From assembly GCF_001194135.2 (NCBI RefSeq), contig NC_068996.1, positions 55,744,401-55,808,400 on the forward strand: 64,000 nucleotides of DNA, in the 5' to 3' direction. Positions 1-13,370 of this stretch are shown piece after piece. Made by a program: the position numbers and the translations under genes. The notes below the pieces were generated by a model. That model was given only the letters and a program-made list of their open reading frames with translations, was not told where the DNA came from and did not search any database. The DNA comes from Octopus bimaculoides. Taxonomy: Eukaryota. Positions within the stretch are counted from its first letter, which is position 1, and the number at the start of each line of letters is the position of its first letter.

Positions 1-51
<51 letters not shown>

Positions 52-149
52 CATACATACATGCATGCATGCATATACACATACATACATACATAGACAC
101 ATACATACATGTATACACACTCACACACACACACGTGCATATATTTATA

Positions 150-236
150 TGGAGTCGATTTGTTCGACTATAATTCTTCGAGGCGGTGCTCCAGAGCGGT
201 CGCAATCCAACGACTGAAACAAGTAAAAGATAAAGA
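150..236 (+). mobile_element. SINE family A, 3' tail fragment
   Basis: GTCGATTTGTTCGACTA...GGCGGTGCTCCAG...GACTGAAACAAGTAAAAGA matches the tail of the full copy at 17201-17595. Confidence 0.8.
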
Positions 237-244
237 AGCAGTTG

Positions 245-1195
245 AAGCGATCCACGTGGATCACAATGGTAAATTTTAGTAAACAGCTCTAAGAAGCTGA
301 TTCATCTATGAAAATATTGAAAGAAAATACCGTGACTTGTTTAAAGAAAACGAAGGACTTGTGACAAAGTTGTTGGAAGCAAAGAGAGTATCACTTGACA
401 AATTGCTTTCTTGTTGTGTGCCGGAACATGATATGTTAGAGAATGATTTTAAAAGCTGCGTGTAGCGAAGGACGAGTGGTGGCGAGAAAAAGCCCGCGAA
501 ATTCAGTCATTTACATAAAAATGAGATCTAAGAAGTCTATGTCACCAGCTACGTACCGCCTATGGCCCACCATCTTTCATCATTGTATCTCTGCGAACAA
601 AGAATGGTAATGCACTGCTGCGCAAGCATGATGGAATCAAAGCCAGGTGTGGGGGGGGGGGCAGCATTTTAGTGATGTTTTCAACAGTAAGGCATTAGTA
701 AGCCCTGCTCTAATCGAAGGGCTTGCACAGGCGTCTGTTATCCACGCACTAATGATGAAATAACCGTAAATGTAAAACTGATGAAAAGAGGAAATCCCCC
801 GGAAGTGATAGCATTTTTGCTGAACTGGTTCGGAAAGGTGATGATGAAATACTGGGGTTTTTATCCACGGTATTTCACAGTGTAGATGAGAAGCAAAACC
901 CGACAAGAGCGTAAACATTCCATTCTCGTTTCTTTGTACCAGAGAGGACCGACAGGCATTTGTGATAACTACCATGGGATCTCCCTGTTGACATTTGTTG
1001 ACAAAACTTTCGCAAAGCTGCTTCTCAATCGATGCTGAATCATATTGCACCAGACATTCCTCCTGAGTCACGACTGGATTTCAGCCAAACTTGAGAACAA
1101 CTGATATGATCTTTACAGCCCGATAGATCTGTGAGCAGTACAGAGAACAACAACTTGATCTATACCAGTATGTCATCGATCTCAACAAGGCAGGC
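245..1195 (+). mobile_element. Degenerate RTE (BovB-like) LINE, linker plus RT N-terminal part
   Basis: Frameshifted translation gives KDEWWREKAREIQ, KSPGSDSIFAEL, CDNYHGISLL and TTDMIFTAR*ICEQYREQQLDLYQYVIDLNKA, typical RTE RT motifs. Confidence 0.85.
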
Positions 1196-1661
1196 CTATG
1201 ACACTATACATAGACCAACTAGAAGTGTTCAAGAGGTTTAAACTTGAGCGAATATAGAAGTAAATATAAAGATAATCAAGTCAGGCAGGTCGATATACAA
1301 AGAATATTAAATACATTTAATACAAAAAGAGTATATGTGATTATACAAAAAATAGAAATGATATCAGGAATTAAAGAGGTTGAAGAACAGTATTACAAAT
1401 CCAACAGCTGTAGTGCGTGTGTTAATTTGCGTCCCACCCACCACAAAAAAAAAAACACGACCATCCCGAAATACCACAATATCTTTTTCATACATACACA
1501 CACATATGCATACATATACATATACAAATATATACACATACATATATATTTGTATACATGTGAGTATGTGTGTGTGTGCGCGCGTGCGTGTGTGTGTATG
1601 TATGTGAATATATATGCATATATATTTATGTATATTTATATATTTGTATATATATAAATAC

Positions 1662-1753
<92 letters not shown>

Positions 1754-2289
1754 CAATCGTGTTTTGTTTTGCAAAAAAATTTATAAGGCTTGAACTTTCA
1801 TTATAATGGTATCGAGGGAAGCCCGGTGGGATTATTATTTATATAGACTTAAAGATGGATCGCGATTTAGCATATAATTTATTTATTGCAGTTTATTATT
1901 AATACCGAAACAATGTACATTGGTTTAAATGTCTCTCGTTGTAGTTTTAGTAAGGTTAGTGTTTAATCCTGCCTATTTATTGATTGATTAAAATAATGTG
2001 ATTATTAAGCTTTACTTTTATATTATACTACGGAAGACGGTAGGGATTATAATTTTTTATGACATTCGGTAAATGTATTTCAAAGTTGTGGTTCTTTGGT
2101 TTGTTTGTTCCCAAACAACACTTATTTTAGTGCTGTTGACACCGCCGGATTGAATGGTACTGCCCACGTGTCGAAACCATAATGATATCCGCAGGCAGCT
2201 GATGATGGAGGTATGTTGGATTGTTGGTATAGCTGTGGAATAGTTTTATAACACATCCTTTTGATATATATAATATAAATATACGCATA

Positions 2290-2560
2290 TATATATGTAT
2301 ATATACATGCATATATGGGTACAGGACATAAAAAAAAAACGTAGACACAATGAGAAACGAAAACATAAAAACAAAAATATAGAAAACAAACTTTTTATCG
2401 AACAACGAAAAAACAGAGAAACGAGACATGCAACATAAAGAACATCCCCTTCATCAGTTGTCCTCTCTTTTATCTACTCCGCGTTTCGAAGGTAAGGACA
2501 ATACGCGACTTCGTTAAAACAGTCTTTCTCGCAAAGCAAATTAAATAAAATTTGGGATAT
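2290..2560. repeat. Interspersed repeat family F1 (GGGTACAGGACA...CTTCATCAG...GCGTTTCGAAG...CGTTAAAACAG), possibly PLE-derived
   Basis: Same motif order recurs at 32290-32490 and 45150-45400. Confidence 0.7.
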
Positions 2561-2571
2561 ATATATGTATG

Positions 2572-2640
<69 letters not shown>

Positions 2641-2987
2641 AATCAAAGTATCTAGTTCTAAAATCTCTATAATAGCTGGAAATAGTAACTCTACTGAAAA
2701 TTAATGTTTGTTATCACTTCAACGTAGCTGTTCCCTACAGGACAAAGTTACTACTCTTTTTAACCCCAGGAAGACACCTCCTCCAATTGAGTAACAGCAT
2801 AATAGCTATGTCCATTATATTGCAAGCGAACAACTCCCATCCAACAGTGACAGGATCAGTTGACCAGCTGATTTCAGAGTTTTACACTTCCTCGGTACTG
2901 GTACACTTGTCTGCTAGACATGGCAGTCGTTCGTCCCAGTTCGCAATATATAAATTATATATATATATAAATTCAAATTACAAAAAA

Positions 2988-3055
<68 letters not shown>

Positions 3056-4153
3056 CCGAGGAAGACCATCACTGACCATTGACCATGCAAAATGCGAGTG
3101 CTTGAGGTTATTGCATCAGCAGTTTGCTTCTCATGGGTTCGCATCTGCAGCTTCGATGCTCACTTTGGAGCCCTTCCACTTGACCAGGCATTGGATAGTC
3201 GCCTTGTTGGTGATTGGATAACCCAAGATTTTAGGTCGAATAAGAAACAAGTCAGGGGCAAGATATCCAGCATCTGTATGGGTCGCAGGCTCAGGAATGT
3301 AGGAGCACCATGACCTCAAGTTCAGGCAAAAGATCTCCCAAAATGACCAGTGTTATTCCCTGCAAATCTGGTTTTATATTTGAGTGACCTCCTAGAGACA
3401 TGCTTTAACAAAAGCTAAGGGGTACCTCACTCCGAGCGGTCTTCCAGCACACCGGACAGCACCTGAAACCTTGTCAGATCATTTGTGAGGTCTGCCATAA
3501 GTGCTACAAGTAGCATGGAATCCATTAGAACTTGTTACACGGTCGGGTTGTCAACGGTAAAACCTGACACCACCAGTAGGCTTGCTTGGTGAGAAGGGTT
3601 GCTAAATTTGCAGCGGGTCTAAAAACAAAATCCTGACAAAAACATGAATCAACAACTATCTAGCAATTGCATGGGTCCTCAGAAATATGTGTGCGCGTGT
3701 GCACACGCATGTGTGTGTGTGCGTATATGAATATGTATATGCATATGTATGTGTATGTATAAGTATGTATATGTATATATGTATGTATACATGTATGTAT
3801 ATATGTATGTATACATGTATATATATCTATGTACAAACATATATATATATGCATATATACATATATAAATATATATATGTATGAGTCTGTGTGTATGTAT
3901 ATATGTATGTATATATATATGTATATNNNNNNNNNNNNNNNNNNNNNNNNNNNNNNNNNNNNNNNNNNNNNNNNNNNNNNNNNNNNNNNNNNNNNNNNNN
4001 NNNNNNNNNNNNNNNNNNNNNNNNNNNNNNNNNNNNNNNNNNNNNNNNNNNNNNNNNNNNNNNNNNNNNNNNNNNNNNNNNNNNNNNNNNNNNNNNNNNN
4101 NNNNNNNNNNNNNNNNNNNNNNNNNNNNNNNNNNNNNNNNNTATATATATATA

Positions 4154-4199
<46 letters not shown>

Positions 4200-5099
4200 G
4201 AGAGAGAGAGAGAAATATGAAATGAAGATGCAGTATTAATGATTTATTTAGCTTTCACGCGTTTCGAATAGCCTGACATAACCCAAGCGCTGCATATTGC
4301 TTCATATGATCGACTTAAATGTCATAGGAAAAGAAGAATTAGGTGCCATACTATTGATTTCAAACCAGAATGCTAATGCTAAATTTAGTTTACATTGGGA
4401 TAATGTGGGAGAGTTTATAGTAATAATCTCAATATCATTGACTCGTATTTTATTGACCAGTGTCTGTGTCATAACCAAGGGGAGACATATTTATCAGTAA
4501 TTGTATATTATATCTTTTCAGACAGAATTGTAATTTAGTCTGTAATGTTGTTAAGTACAACTTAATAAATAGAGGAAAGCAGAAAATCAGTATCTATTAA
4601 GAAAAATTTGCTTTTGATTGTTGAATGAATTTATATTGAGTTGAAATGATATTCCATAAACTGAATAAAATATGGCATATGTGCGTACACTCATATACAC
4701 GCCGGTGCGCATGCACACGCTCACTTGACCGTTGAGACAATTTATGTTAAGCAAAAAATACATTACATAAAAATCAATAGAGAAAAAAAAATTAAAAATA
4801 AAATACATCAAACGTATTTATTCTCTCACTCATACAAACACTCGCACACGCACACACACACGTGTACACACGTATTGTGTAAATGCCAGAAACTTGTATC
4901 TCTCCCCCCCCCTCTCTCTCTCTATCTATCTCTCTCTATCTCTCTATCTCTGTCGCAATATATATACATACATGAGTGAATAGACAAATGAAAGAAAAAT
5001 GGTACCCAACAGATGCAATGAGCGTCAAATATATTATTATTTAAATCCGTTTCATTCGACCTCATGCGACTCAAAGTTTCGCCAAGTTTCACCTGTTTA

Positions 5100-5408
5100 C
5101 AGAAACCTGGCACGTTCAGGTTTGCTTCCCAACCACATGGTTCTGATTTCAATCCCACTGCATGGCACCTTGGGCANNNNNNNNNNNNNNNNNNNNNNNN
5201 NNNNNNNNNNNNNNNNNNNNNNNNNNNNNNNNNNNNNNNNNNNNNNNNNNNNNNNNNNNNNNNNNNNNNNNNNNNNNNNNNNNNNNNNNNNNNNNNNNNN
5301 NNNNNNNNNNNNNNNNNNNNNNNNNNNNNNNNNNNNNNNNNNNNNNNNNNNNNNNNNNNNNNNNNNNNNNNNNNNNNNNNNNNNNNNNNNNNNNNNNNNN
5401 NNNNNNNN

Positions 5409-5446
<38 letters not shown>

Positions 5447-5625
5447 ATGTATGTGTGCGCGCGCTTGTCCCCCACCAACGCTTGCCAATTGGTGCTGGTG
5501 TTTTTACGTCTTCGCAATCTAGCGGTTCGACAAAGGTTTTAAAAAAATAAGTACTGGGCTCGATTCTTTTGACTTAAACAACTAAAAACTCCAGCATGGC
5601 CGCAGTCTAATGACTGAAATAAATA
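5100..5625 (+). mobile_element. SINE family A, full copy spanning a gap with internal (TG)n
   Basis: tRNA-like head TTGCTTCCCAACCACATGGTTC...GGCACCTTGGGCA, then gap, (TG)n and family A tail. Confidence 0.8.
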
Positions 5626-5763
5626 AAATATAATATGTGTATGCGTGTATGTATATATGGATGTGTATCTTATATACACACACACTCGTAAGTATGCTTA
5701 CACTCACTGCAAATTTCGGAAAACAATTTAGGATAAAATAAGTGAAAGCAGTGGGCGTCATTA

Positions 5764-6196
5764 GTTGTTTTTGTTGTTGTTGTTGTTGTTGGCACTCGGT
5801 CGCTTACGACGCCGAGACTTCCTGCTGATCCGATCAACGGAACAGCCTGCTCGTGAAATTAACGTGCAAGTGGCTGAGCACTCCACCGACACGTGTACTC
5901 TTAACGCAGNNNNNNNNNNACTCCACCGACACGTGTACTCTTAACGCAGTTCTCGGGGGGATATTCAGCGTGACACAGTGTGACAAGGCTGACCCTTTGA
6001 GTTACAGACGCAACAGAAACAGTGAGAGAAAGTTGTGGTGGAAGAGTACAGCAGGGTTCGCCACCATCCCCTGCCGGAGCCTCGTGGAGCTTTAGGTGTT
6101 TTCGCTCAATAAACACAACGCCCGGTCTGGGAATCGAAACCGCGATCCTATGACCACTAGTCCGCTGCCCTAACCACTGAGCCATTGCGCCTCCAC
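5764..6196 (-). mobile_element. Full-length tRNA-derived SINE (family C) with (CAA)n tail and 12-bp TSD
   Basis: Minus strand: A box TGGCTCAGTGG, B box GGTTTCGATTCCC, (CAA)n tail; TGGGCGTCATTA duplicated at 5752-5763 and 6197-6208. Confidence 0.92.
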
Positions 6197-6814
6197 TGGG
6201 CGTCATTAACATATGATGCAATGAGTAAACATTTAATTCTAATATTTGTCAGTTTCCGGATGATTTAGTATATTATGTATGCTAATCCCTTTAAAGAATT
6301 ATAAGCTATAGTAGTGGGGCAACTAAGAAATTAGAATAAATTTATATGATATTAAGATCCATTAATCAGTGTTATATTTATTTTGGGAATATTCGGAAAG
6401 TTCCATTATACAAATGTGAAGAACGTGACAGTGGTTCGTTCCGCTTATTTATTAGGTTAAAACTGCATTTAAGGGACTGCAACGTCTCGTCGAGGCATAA
6501 ATTATGGCTAACATTCTCATCATTATGCAGTAGGACACTACCTATTATAGACAATTCAAATGAACATTCTGGGCAACAGAAAAAAGAGAAAAAAGATTTA
6601 TTGTCTGCTACCCAGACAGATGGGGCTGTACCAAACTAAATCGAGTACGCTGGTTTCGAATCTGGGATCTTTTCCTTTTGACCGGCACATAGGAAAAATA
6701 ATTTTTTGAAACTAAACACTTTCAAATTTCGTATACTGGTAGAATGTGTCATTTAAAACATCATTTACTCTTGGCGTTTTTAAGAAAATTCTTTATTTTC
6801 GATCTCTGTTAGAA

Positions 6815-7265
6815 AATACAGCAAATCTAGACTCATCAGAGAATATGATAGTGTCCCTAAATGCTAGTGACCTCTCCACCATCTCACTGGCCCAATCTTT
6901 TCTCTAATTCATATTGGCTGGTTGAAGAAGTAGCTTCCTTCTTGCTGCTCTGCCATAGTAGCCAAGTTTGGGAAGATACCTGACAGTTGTTCTGGGACTG
7001 ATATCAACTTGTTTTGCTACATCAGAGGGCTTGCAACGAGGGTTATCTTAACAAATCGAAGAGTCCTGTAATAGGGCCCTGATCGACCTGGGCAAGGTGA
7101 TGTAGGTTCCTTCCCCTCTCTGGTGAATTGTACAATCACTCTATTAACTGGGATTCCAATGTTTTCTGCGATTTTACGCTGACCAAATCAACCTTCAGAT
7201 TGACCTAGAATACGGCCGCTTTGAAATTCGGACAGTTCCAAGGCTTCTTTTGCGCGTGGCATGAT
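6815..7265 (-). mobile_element. Tc1-like transposase fossil, N-terminal half
   Basis: Minus translation MPRAKEALELSEFQSGRILG...[11 protein letters not shown] (HTH) and WASEMVERSLAFRDTIIFSDESRF (first catalytic D); stops and frameshifts present. Confidence 0.8.
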
Positions 7266-7775
7266 TAAACAGTCACATATAGAACCTGAAACATAAAAAT
7301 GTCAATTAATAAAAAATATAAACCTTTTCAAGTTAAAATAAATATGGTTTATGGCGTGTCTATTTATTTATGTCATGCCTATGTACATACCAAATTAGTT
7401 TCACCAATCTTTTATTTATCAATGGCACAAATATATATAAAACAAGGGGATTTTAACAGAGTGTAAAATTGATAAACAAAAATTTCTTGAAACTAGTTTG
7501 GTATGTATGTGAATAAATCTTCTTTGTATTCATCTATAGTTGTTGTATATGCATTTTAATTTGGNNNNNNNNNNNNNNNNNNNNNNNNNNNNNNNNNNNN
7601 NNNNNNNNNNNNNNNNNNNNNNNNNNNNNNNNNNNNNNNNNNNNNNNNNNNNNNNNNNNNNNNNNNNNNNNNNNNNNNNNNNNNNNNNNNNNNNNNNNNN
7701 NNNNNNNNNNNNNNNNNNNNNNNNNNNNNNNNNNNNNNNNNNNNNNNNNNNNNNNNNNNNNNNNNNNNNNNNNNN

Positions 7776-7811
<36 letters not shown>

Positions 7812-7812
7812 A

Positions 7813-8192
7813 GCAATAATAAATCTCTGAGCGAGATGTAAACAGTAGCAGCACGGCATCGTGAGGTATATTTGCCACCTAAATGTGGCTGACCCATATG
7901 GGACAATGCTACTGTTGTTTATAGCTCCAGGAAGACACCTCCACCAGCTGGCTAACGACACACTGTCTGTGTCCGATCAGTATTTGCGAAGGAAAATCAT
8001 CATTCTCATCTCTAGCCTTACGTGATACACACGGACCTGGGTTGCTGGGTAGTAACCCGTCATCAGCGTGTGACAATCACCAGCTAAGGATGAGAACTGG
8101 TTCCATACACAAAATACTATATACTTCATGATTTCACGATGTCGCGCTGTTACTGTTTACATCTAGCTCAGAGATATATTATTTATTATTGC
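7813..8192. repeat. Imperfect inverted repeat, about 50-bp arms and 270-bp spacer (MITE-like)
   Basis: TCTCTGAGCGAGATGTAAACAGTAGCAGCACGGCATCGTGA (7824-7864) versus its reverse complement within 8134-8192. Confidence 0.8.
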
Positions 8193-8456
8193 GTCTGGAA
8201 TCAGGTCTCATCGCGTAATCTAAAGTACATATTGTGGACTGTATATTTAGTAAAATGTATATATGTGCATAGCTCAAGAGCAGATTATATACACATTTGG
8301 ACGAATTGGCTACATACATCACCCGAATATCATTCTGCCAGTGCATCTGTACCAAGGCTGAGATTTATCTAAATATTGTTGTGTGTGCATTTTATTCAGA
8401 CCTGACTTGGTACCTGAACTTTAAGTACCTTATTCAACTAAATCTTGTCTGTATCG

Positions 8457-8531
<75 letters not shown>

Positions 8532-8545
8532 TGTATGTATGTATG

Positions 8546-8579
<34 letters not shown>

Positions 8580-8721
8580 TGTATGTATATATGTATGTAT
8601 GTATGTATGTATATATGTATGTATGTATGTATATATGTATGTATGTATGTATGTATGTAGGTATGTATGCATGCATGCATGTATGTATGTTTGTGTGTAT
8701 GTGTATGTAAGTATGTATGTA

Positions 8722-8772
<51 letters not shown>

Positions 8773-9067
8773 GTATGTAATTAGTAATAATCGACAATGG
8801 TTACAAAGTGATTTAAGAGCACAGAGTTTCGTGCTTTGGCAATTATCAACGCACGAAAATCTCGCTCTGTGAATCTTTCTATAACTTCTACCTATTATTA
8901 CTTATATACATATACTCATGTTTGTGATCTATGTTTTTTTTTGCATCACCAGACCTATACACATACATATACATACATACATACATACACACATACATAC
9001 ATGCATGTATATATATATATTATACATATATATGTATATATAAGCATGATTATATTGTGTATAAACA

Positions 9068-9188
<121 letters not shown>

Positions 9189-9794
9189 AACAAATGCTGA
9201 GTTAAAAATCGCAGTTGTGTTGTGTTACATGTCTATATTATTTATTTCTTAGTGGAATAAAATATTGTTTATCTTGGCATCAGAAGAAAGAACATCTCCC
9301 ACTTTGTCATCCAAGAAAATATGAAGGCAACACACACGCACTTCTCATATATGCACTCACATAAAAAACACACACACACAAACGCATTATATATATGTGT
9401 GTGCGCCTGTATATAGGAAATAATTCATTTTTATTCTTGGAACACTAGTTCTCGAAGCACATCACATAGAACTATAAAGAATACCATGTAAATATCACCT
9501 TGAAAATCACTTCTCGGATAGAAGTCGAAGGCACCCGTTGGACTTGTACACACATCTCCTGTACACACATCTCCTGTACACACATCTCCAATGCAGATCT
9601 GTTCTACCATTCAACCAATGCAATTCTTTGAATTCTGCTATCCATTTAAGAAACTCTATTCTTACCAGAAAGAACTGTACGTTGTTGACGTCATAAGAAT
9701 TTGGTAAGGTTCGTGAAAACTTTAAATAAGCGAAAACCCAAATGCATATAGCACATTATATACATCATACATACATACATACATACATACATAA

Positions 9795-9839
<45 letters not shown>

Positions 9840-9846
9840 CATACAT

Positions 9847-9880
9847 ACTAGCAGCTAAGCCCGGTTTCACCCGGTCGTTT
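9847..9880 (-). mobile_element. Helitron-like 3' terminus
   Basis: Minus strand CCGG-GTGAAA-CCGG hairpin 9 nt upstream of CTAG followed by T; the 5' boundary could not be identified. Confidence 0.55.
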
Positions 9881-10461
9881 GGATGATGTGGCTGTAAAAC
9901 CTGCTCTGTGTAAGCATTCGACTTGTTTGGGCATGCTTACGTTAAAAAGCAATTTTAGAATGACTGTTTTCTGTCAAAACGCTAAAAATAACTGACCAAC
10001 CAAGATTCAACAAAATCAAAAAAATAAACCCAAATACTAAGCGAACAAAGATGAACCATCCCACTTCCATTGCGCTCACACACGCACACACAAACACAAA
10101 CGCACCCACACATTCACATATTCCCCTTTTACATACACACCCACATATATTCACACAGAGTTGAAATATTGTTTGATTTATGTTTTTCAGCGTACAATTT
10201 TCATCATCCCACTACCAAGTGTGACATCACCCTTTCCTTCCTTATTCATCTATCACCTCCTTCCTTTCTCATTCATAAACACAAGAGTATTATTATAGTT
10301 GATTATCTCGGTAATCATGGGAGCTATGAATAAATACAAAGTCCAACATCGCCACCGGATCATTCAACACATCTGTGTAATTTTTCGCGCAATTCCACCC
10401 AGCCGTTTGACCGTTAATCCCAAGACAAGAAAGAATCGCCTATGTCAAATTCATATATACT

Positions 10462-10630
10462 CCTTTACTCTTTTACTTGTTTCAGTCATTTGACTTTAGT
10501 CGAGAAAATCGACCCCAGGACTTATTCTTTGTAAGCCTAGTACTTATTCTATCGGTCTCTTTTGCCGAACCGCTAAGTTACGGGGACGTAAACACAACCA
10601 CATCAGTTATCAAATGATGTTGGGGGAACA
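10462..10630 (-). mobile_element. SINE family A, 3' tail
   Basis: Reverse complement of GTTTACGTCCCCGTAACTTAGCGGTTCGGCAAAAGAGACCGATAGAATAAGTACTAGGCTTACAAAGAATAAGTCC. Confidence 0.88.
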
Positions 10631-11641
10631 AATACAGACACACAAACATATACACACACATACTACATACACATATATATATATATATATATATATATNN
10701 NNNNNNNNNNNNNNNNNNNNNNNNNNNNNNNNNNNNNNNNNNNNNNNNNNNNNNNNNNNNNNNNNNNNNNNNNNNNNNNNNNNNNNNNNNNNNNNNNNNN
10801 NNNNNNNNNNNNNNNNNNNNNNNNNNNNNNNNNNNNNNNNNNNNNNNNNNNNNNNNNNNNNNNNNNNNNNNNNNNNNNNNNNNNNNNNNNNNNNNNNNNN
10901 NNNNNNNNNNNNNNNNNNNNNNNNNNNNNNNNNNNNNNNNNNNNNNNNNNNNNNNNNNNNNNNNNNNNNNNNNNNNNNNNNNNNNNNNNNNNNNNNNNNN
11001 NNNNNNNNNNNNNNNNNNNNNNNNNNNNNNNNNNNNNNNNNNNNNNNNNNNNNNNNNNNNNNNNNNNNNNNNNNNNNNNNNNNNNNNNNNNNNNNNNNNN
11101 NNNNNNNNNNNNNNNNNNNNNNNNNNNNNNNNNNNNNNNNNNNNNNNNNNNNNNNNNNNNNNNNNNNNNNNNNNNNNNNNNNNNNNNNNNNNNNNNNNNN
11201 NNNNNNNNNNNNNNNNNNNNNNNNNNNNNNNNNNNNNNNNNNNNNNNNNNNNNNNNNNNNNNNNNNNNNNNNNNNNNNNNNNNNNNNNNNNNNNNNNNNN
11301 NNNNNNNNNNNNNNNNNNNNNNNNNNNNNNNNNNNNNNNNNNNNNNNNNNNNNNNNNNNNNNNNNNNNNNNNNNNNNNNNNNNNNNNNNNNNNNNNNNNN
11401 NNNNNNNNNNNNNNNNNNNNNNNNNNNNNNNNNNNNNNNNNNNNNNNNNNNNNNNNNNNNNNNNNNNNNNNNNNNNNNNNNNNNNNNNNNNNNNNNNNNN
11501 NNNNNNNNNNNNNNNNNNNNNNNNNNNNNNNNNNNNNNNNNNNNNNNNNNNNNNNNNNNNNNNNNNNNNNNNNNNNNNNNNNNNNNNNNNNNNNNNNNNN
11601 NNNNNNNNNNNNNNNNNNNNNNNNNNNNNNNNNNNNNNNNN

Positions 11642-11685
<44 letters not shown>

Positions 11686-12037
11686 CTGGTATCTACAAAA
11701 TATTATATATACTCACAATTTACAAAATTTCATTATCACAACTGATTGGCAAACGGACACGAGTAAATCTGAGTCACAGTTTGTGAAGTCTTTTTCGACT
11801 TTAGTAAAACAATACATACATATATGTGTGTATGCGTGTGTGTGTGTGTGTGTGTACACACACACACAAACATACATACATACATACATACACACACACA
11901 CATACATACATACATACATACATACATACATACATACATACATACACACACATACATACATACATACATACACACATACATACATGCATACATACAAACA
12001 AGGATGCACCATATGCCCATTTTCGAAATTTCCCCAA

Positions 12038-12083
12038 GACACCTGATGAAGGTTGGAAGGAATATCAGCCGAAACGTTGTGTT
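12038..12083 (+). ncRNA. Minimal type I hammerhead ribozyme motif (PLE-type)
   Basis: ACAC-CTGATGA-A-GGTTG(loop)CAGCC-GAAAC-GTT-GTGT: core intact, helix II 5 bp, helix I ACAC/GTGT, palindromic AACGTT. Confidence 0.72.
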
Positions 12084-12599
12084 AACAACAAACAAGATGA
12101 GGACAAATATCCGTCAAATGTAAATAATGTAAATAATTCCTCATCTCTTAAATATAGAAATTTTGTTCTTAATAAAAACTATCCATGCCGCGAACACCAG
12201 AAGCAAAACCTTGTCTGAACCCCAAAGAGAGTGTATTGTGAGTAAATATAAAGATGATCTTAGCCAGCAGAAGATTGCCCAAAACCTTGAAATTCCTCTT
12301 GCGGACATTATCTCTTCGACTTTTACTGTTCAAAACGGTTTTAATCCAATATTTACGCGCTGTTCTTCGTAACTATGAGATGAACTTCGAGAACCATTTT
12401 CGTCATCAATATACAAAACTACACGAAAACAAGATTTCCTGTTCTTGAACGTAATCTAGTGAAAATTTGAAAATTTTCAACTGGTTAAAAGAAATTTAAC
12501 AAGATTCCGCCTATGCTCGATAGCAGCGGCGGCGTTTTCTGATGCACCGGAGAAGATGGATTCATTCAACTAAATGCTGTACACAATTTTCAATAATCG

Positions 12600-13370
12600 A
12601 TTTATACGTCATTGTTTCACGATATCGACCACACAATTGGATGTTGATATACATCGCTAGTCACAATGCGCTTCCAATTCTTTCTTTATTGCGCCACTCT
12701 TTTCCATTTTGCCCCAAATCGTTTAACTAAATCGTCTTCCTATCTTTGTAGAGGCCTTCCGAGTGGCCTTTTCGATTTTCTGGATGCTACTCGACAACTG
12801 TGCGTGTCTACCTGTTGTGTGTGAACTTTGCGACATGTCCAGCTCAGTAGAACCTGAGATTTCAGTATTCTGCGATCACGCTGTTCGTTCCACACCATCC
12901 TCGAAATTTTTCACTTCGGCTATATTCTCGCAATGATATTTCCTTGCATGGATCTTAATCCTTTGCGTCCTATAAGAGCGCGTACAGGACAGTGCTATTG
13001 AAGAGTTTGGCACATATGTTGTCCAGCTTTTCTTTGAGTACATCCTTTACTGAGGTACACACTTTCCATCCTGCCTTTATTCTCTTCGAGATTTCGGCAT
13101 CCATGTCTCGACGAACATTCACTGTGTTCCTCTAGTAAACACACTTCTTTATATTCTCGATTTCATCTCTTCCCACCTCTGTTTGACTTTGTGCTATGTT
13201 TCCAGACTACGCATGCCTAGCTCTGTCAGTATGGTCTGCGGTTTCGACGATGAGTATAATGACATCTACGCATCGAAGATGACTTAGCTTGTGGTTGATG
13301 CTCACGGTATCTGTCTAGTCAAAGTATCTCATGACCTGTTCTAGACATTCAGTAAAGAACTTCATATATG
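12600..13370 (-). mobile_element. Degenerate RTE LINE, RT C-terminal part and 3' region
   Basis: Minus translation HLRCVDVIIL (FADD-like) and KRPLGRPLQR*EDDLVKRFGAKWKRVAQ; same family at 62520-62770. Confidence 0.78.

Noticed and set aside
4250-4290. Minus-strand CGAAACGCGTG hammerhead half-site (similar at 1905 and 62460)
   Set aside because: No CTGANGA partner in the right position
5881-5949. 29-bp direct repeat around a 10-N gap (also 34990-35250)
   Set aside because: Typical contig-overlap artefact at a minimal scaffold gap
9480-9730. Possible minus-strand exons (AG...GGTAAG; ICIGDVCTGDVCT...SPTGAFDFYPRSDFQ) including a 15-bp x3 repeat
   Set aside because: Weak acceptors, no recognisable protein and no supporting exons; would need RNA-seq
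12180-12330. TLSEPQRECIVSKYKDDLSQQKIAQNLEIP, resembling a Tc1 HTH start
   Set aside because: Too short, with no catalytic motifs or TIRs
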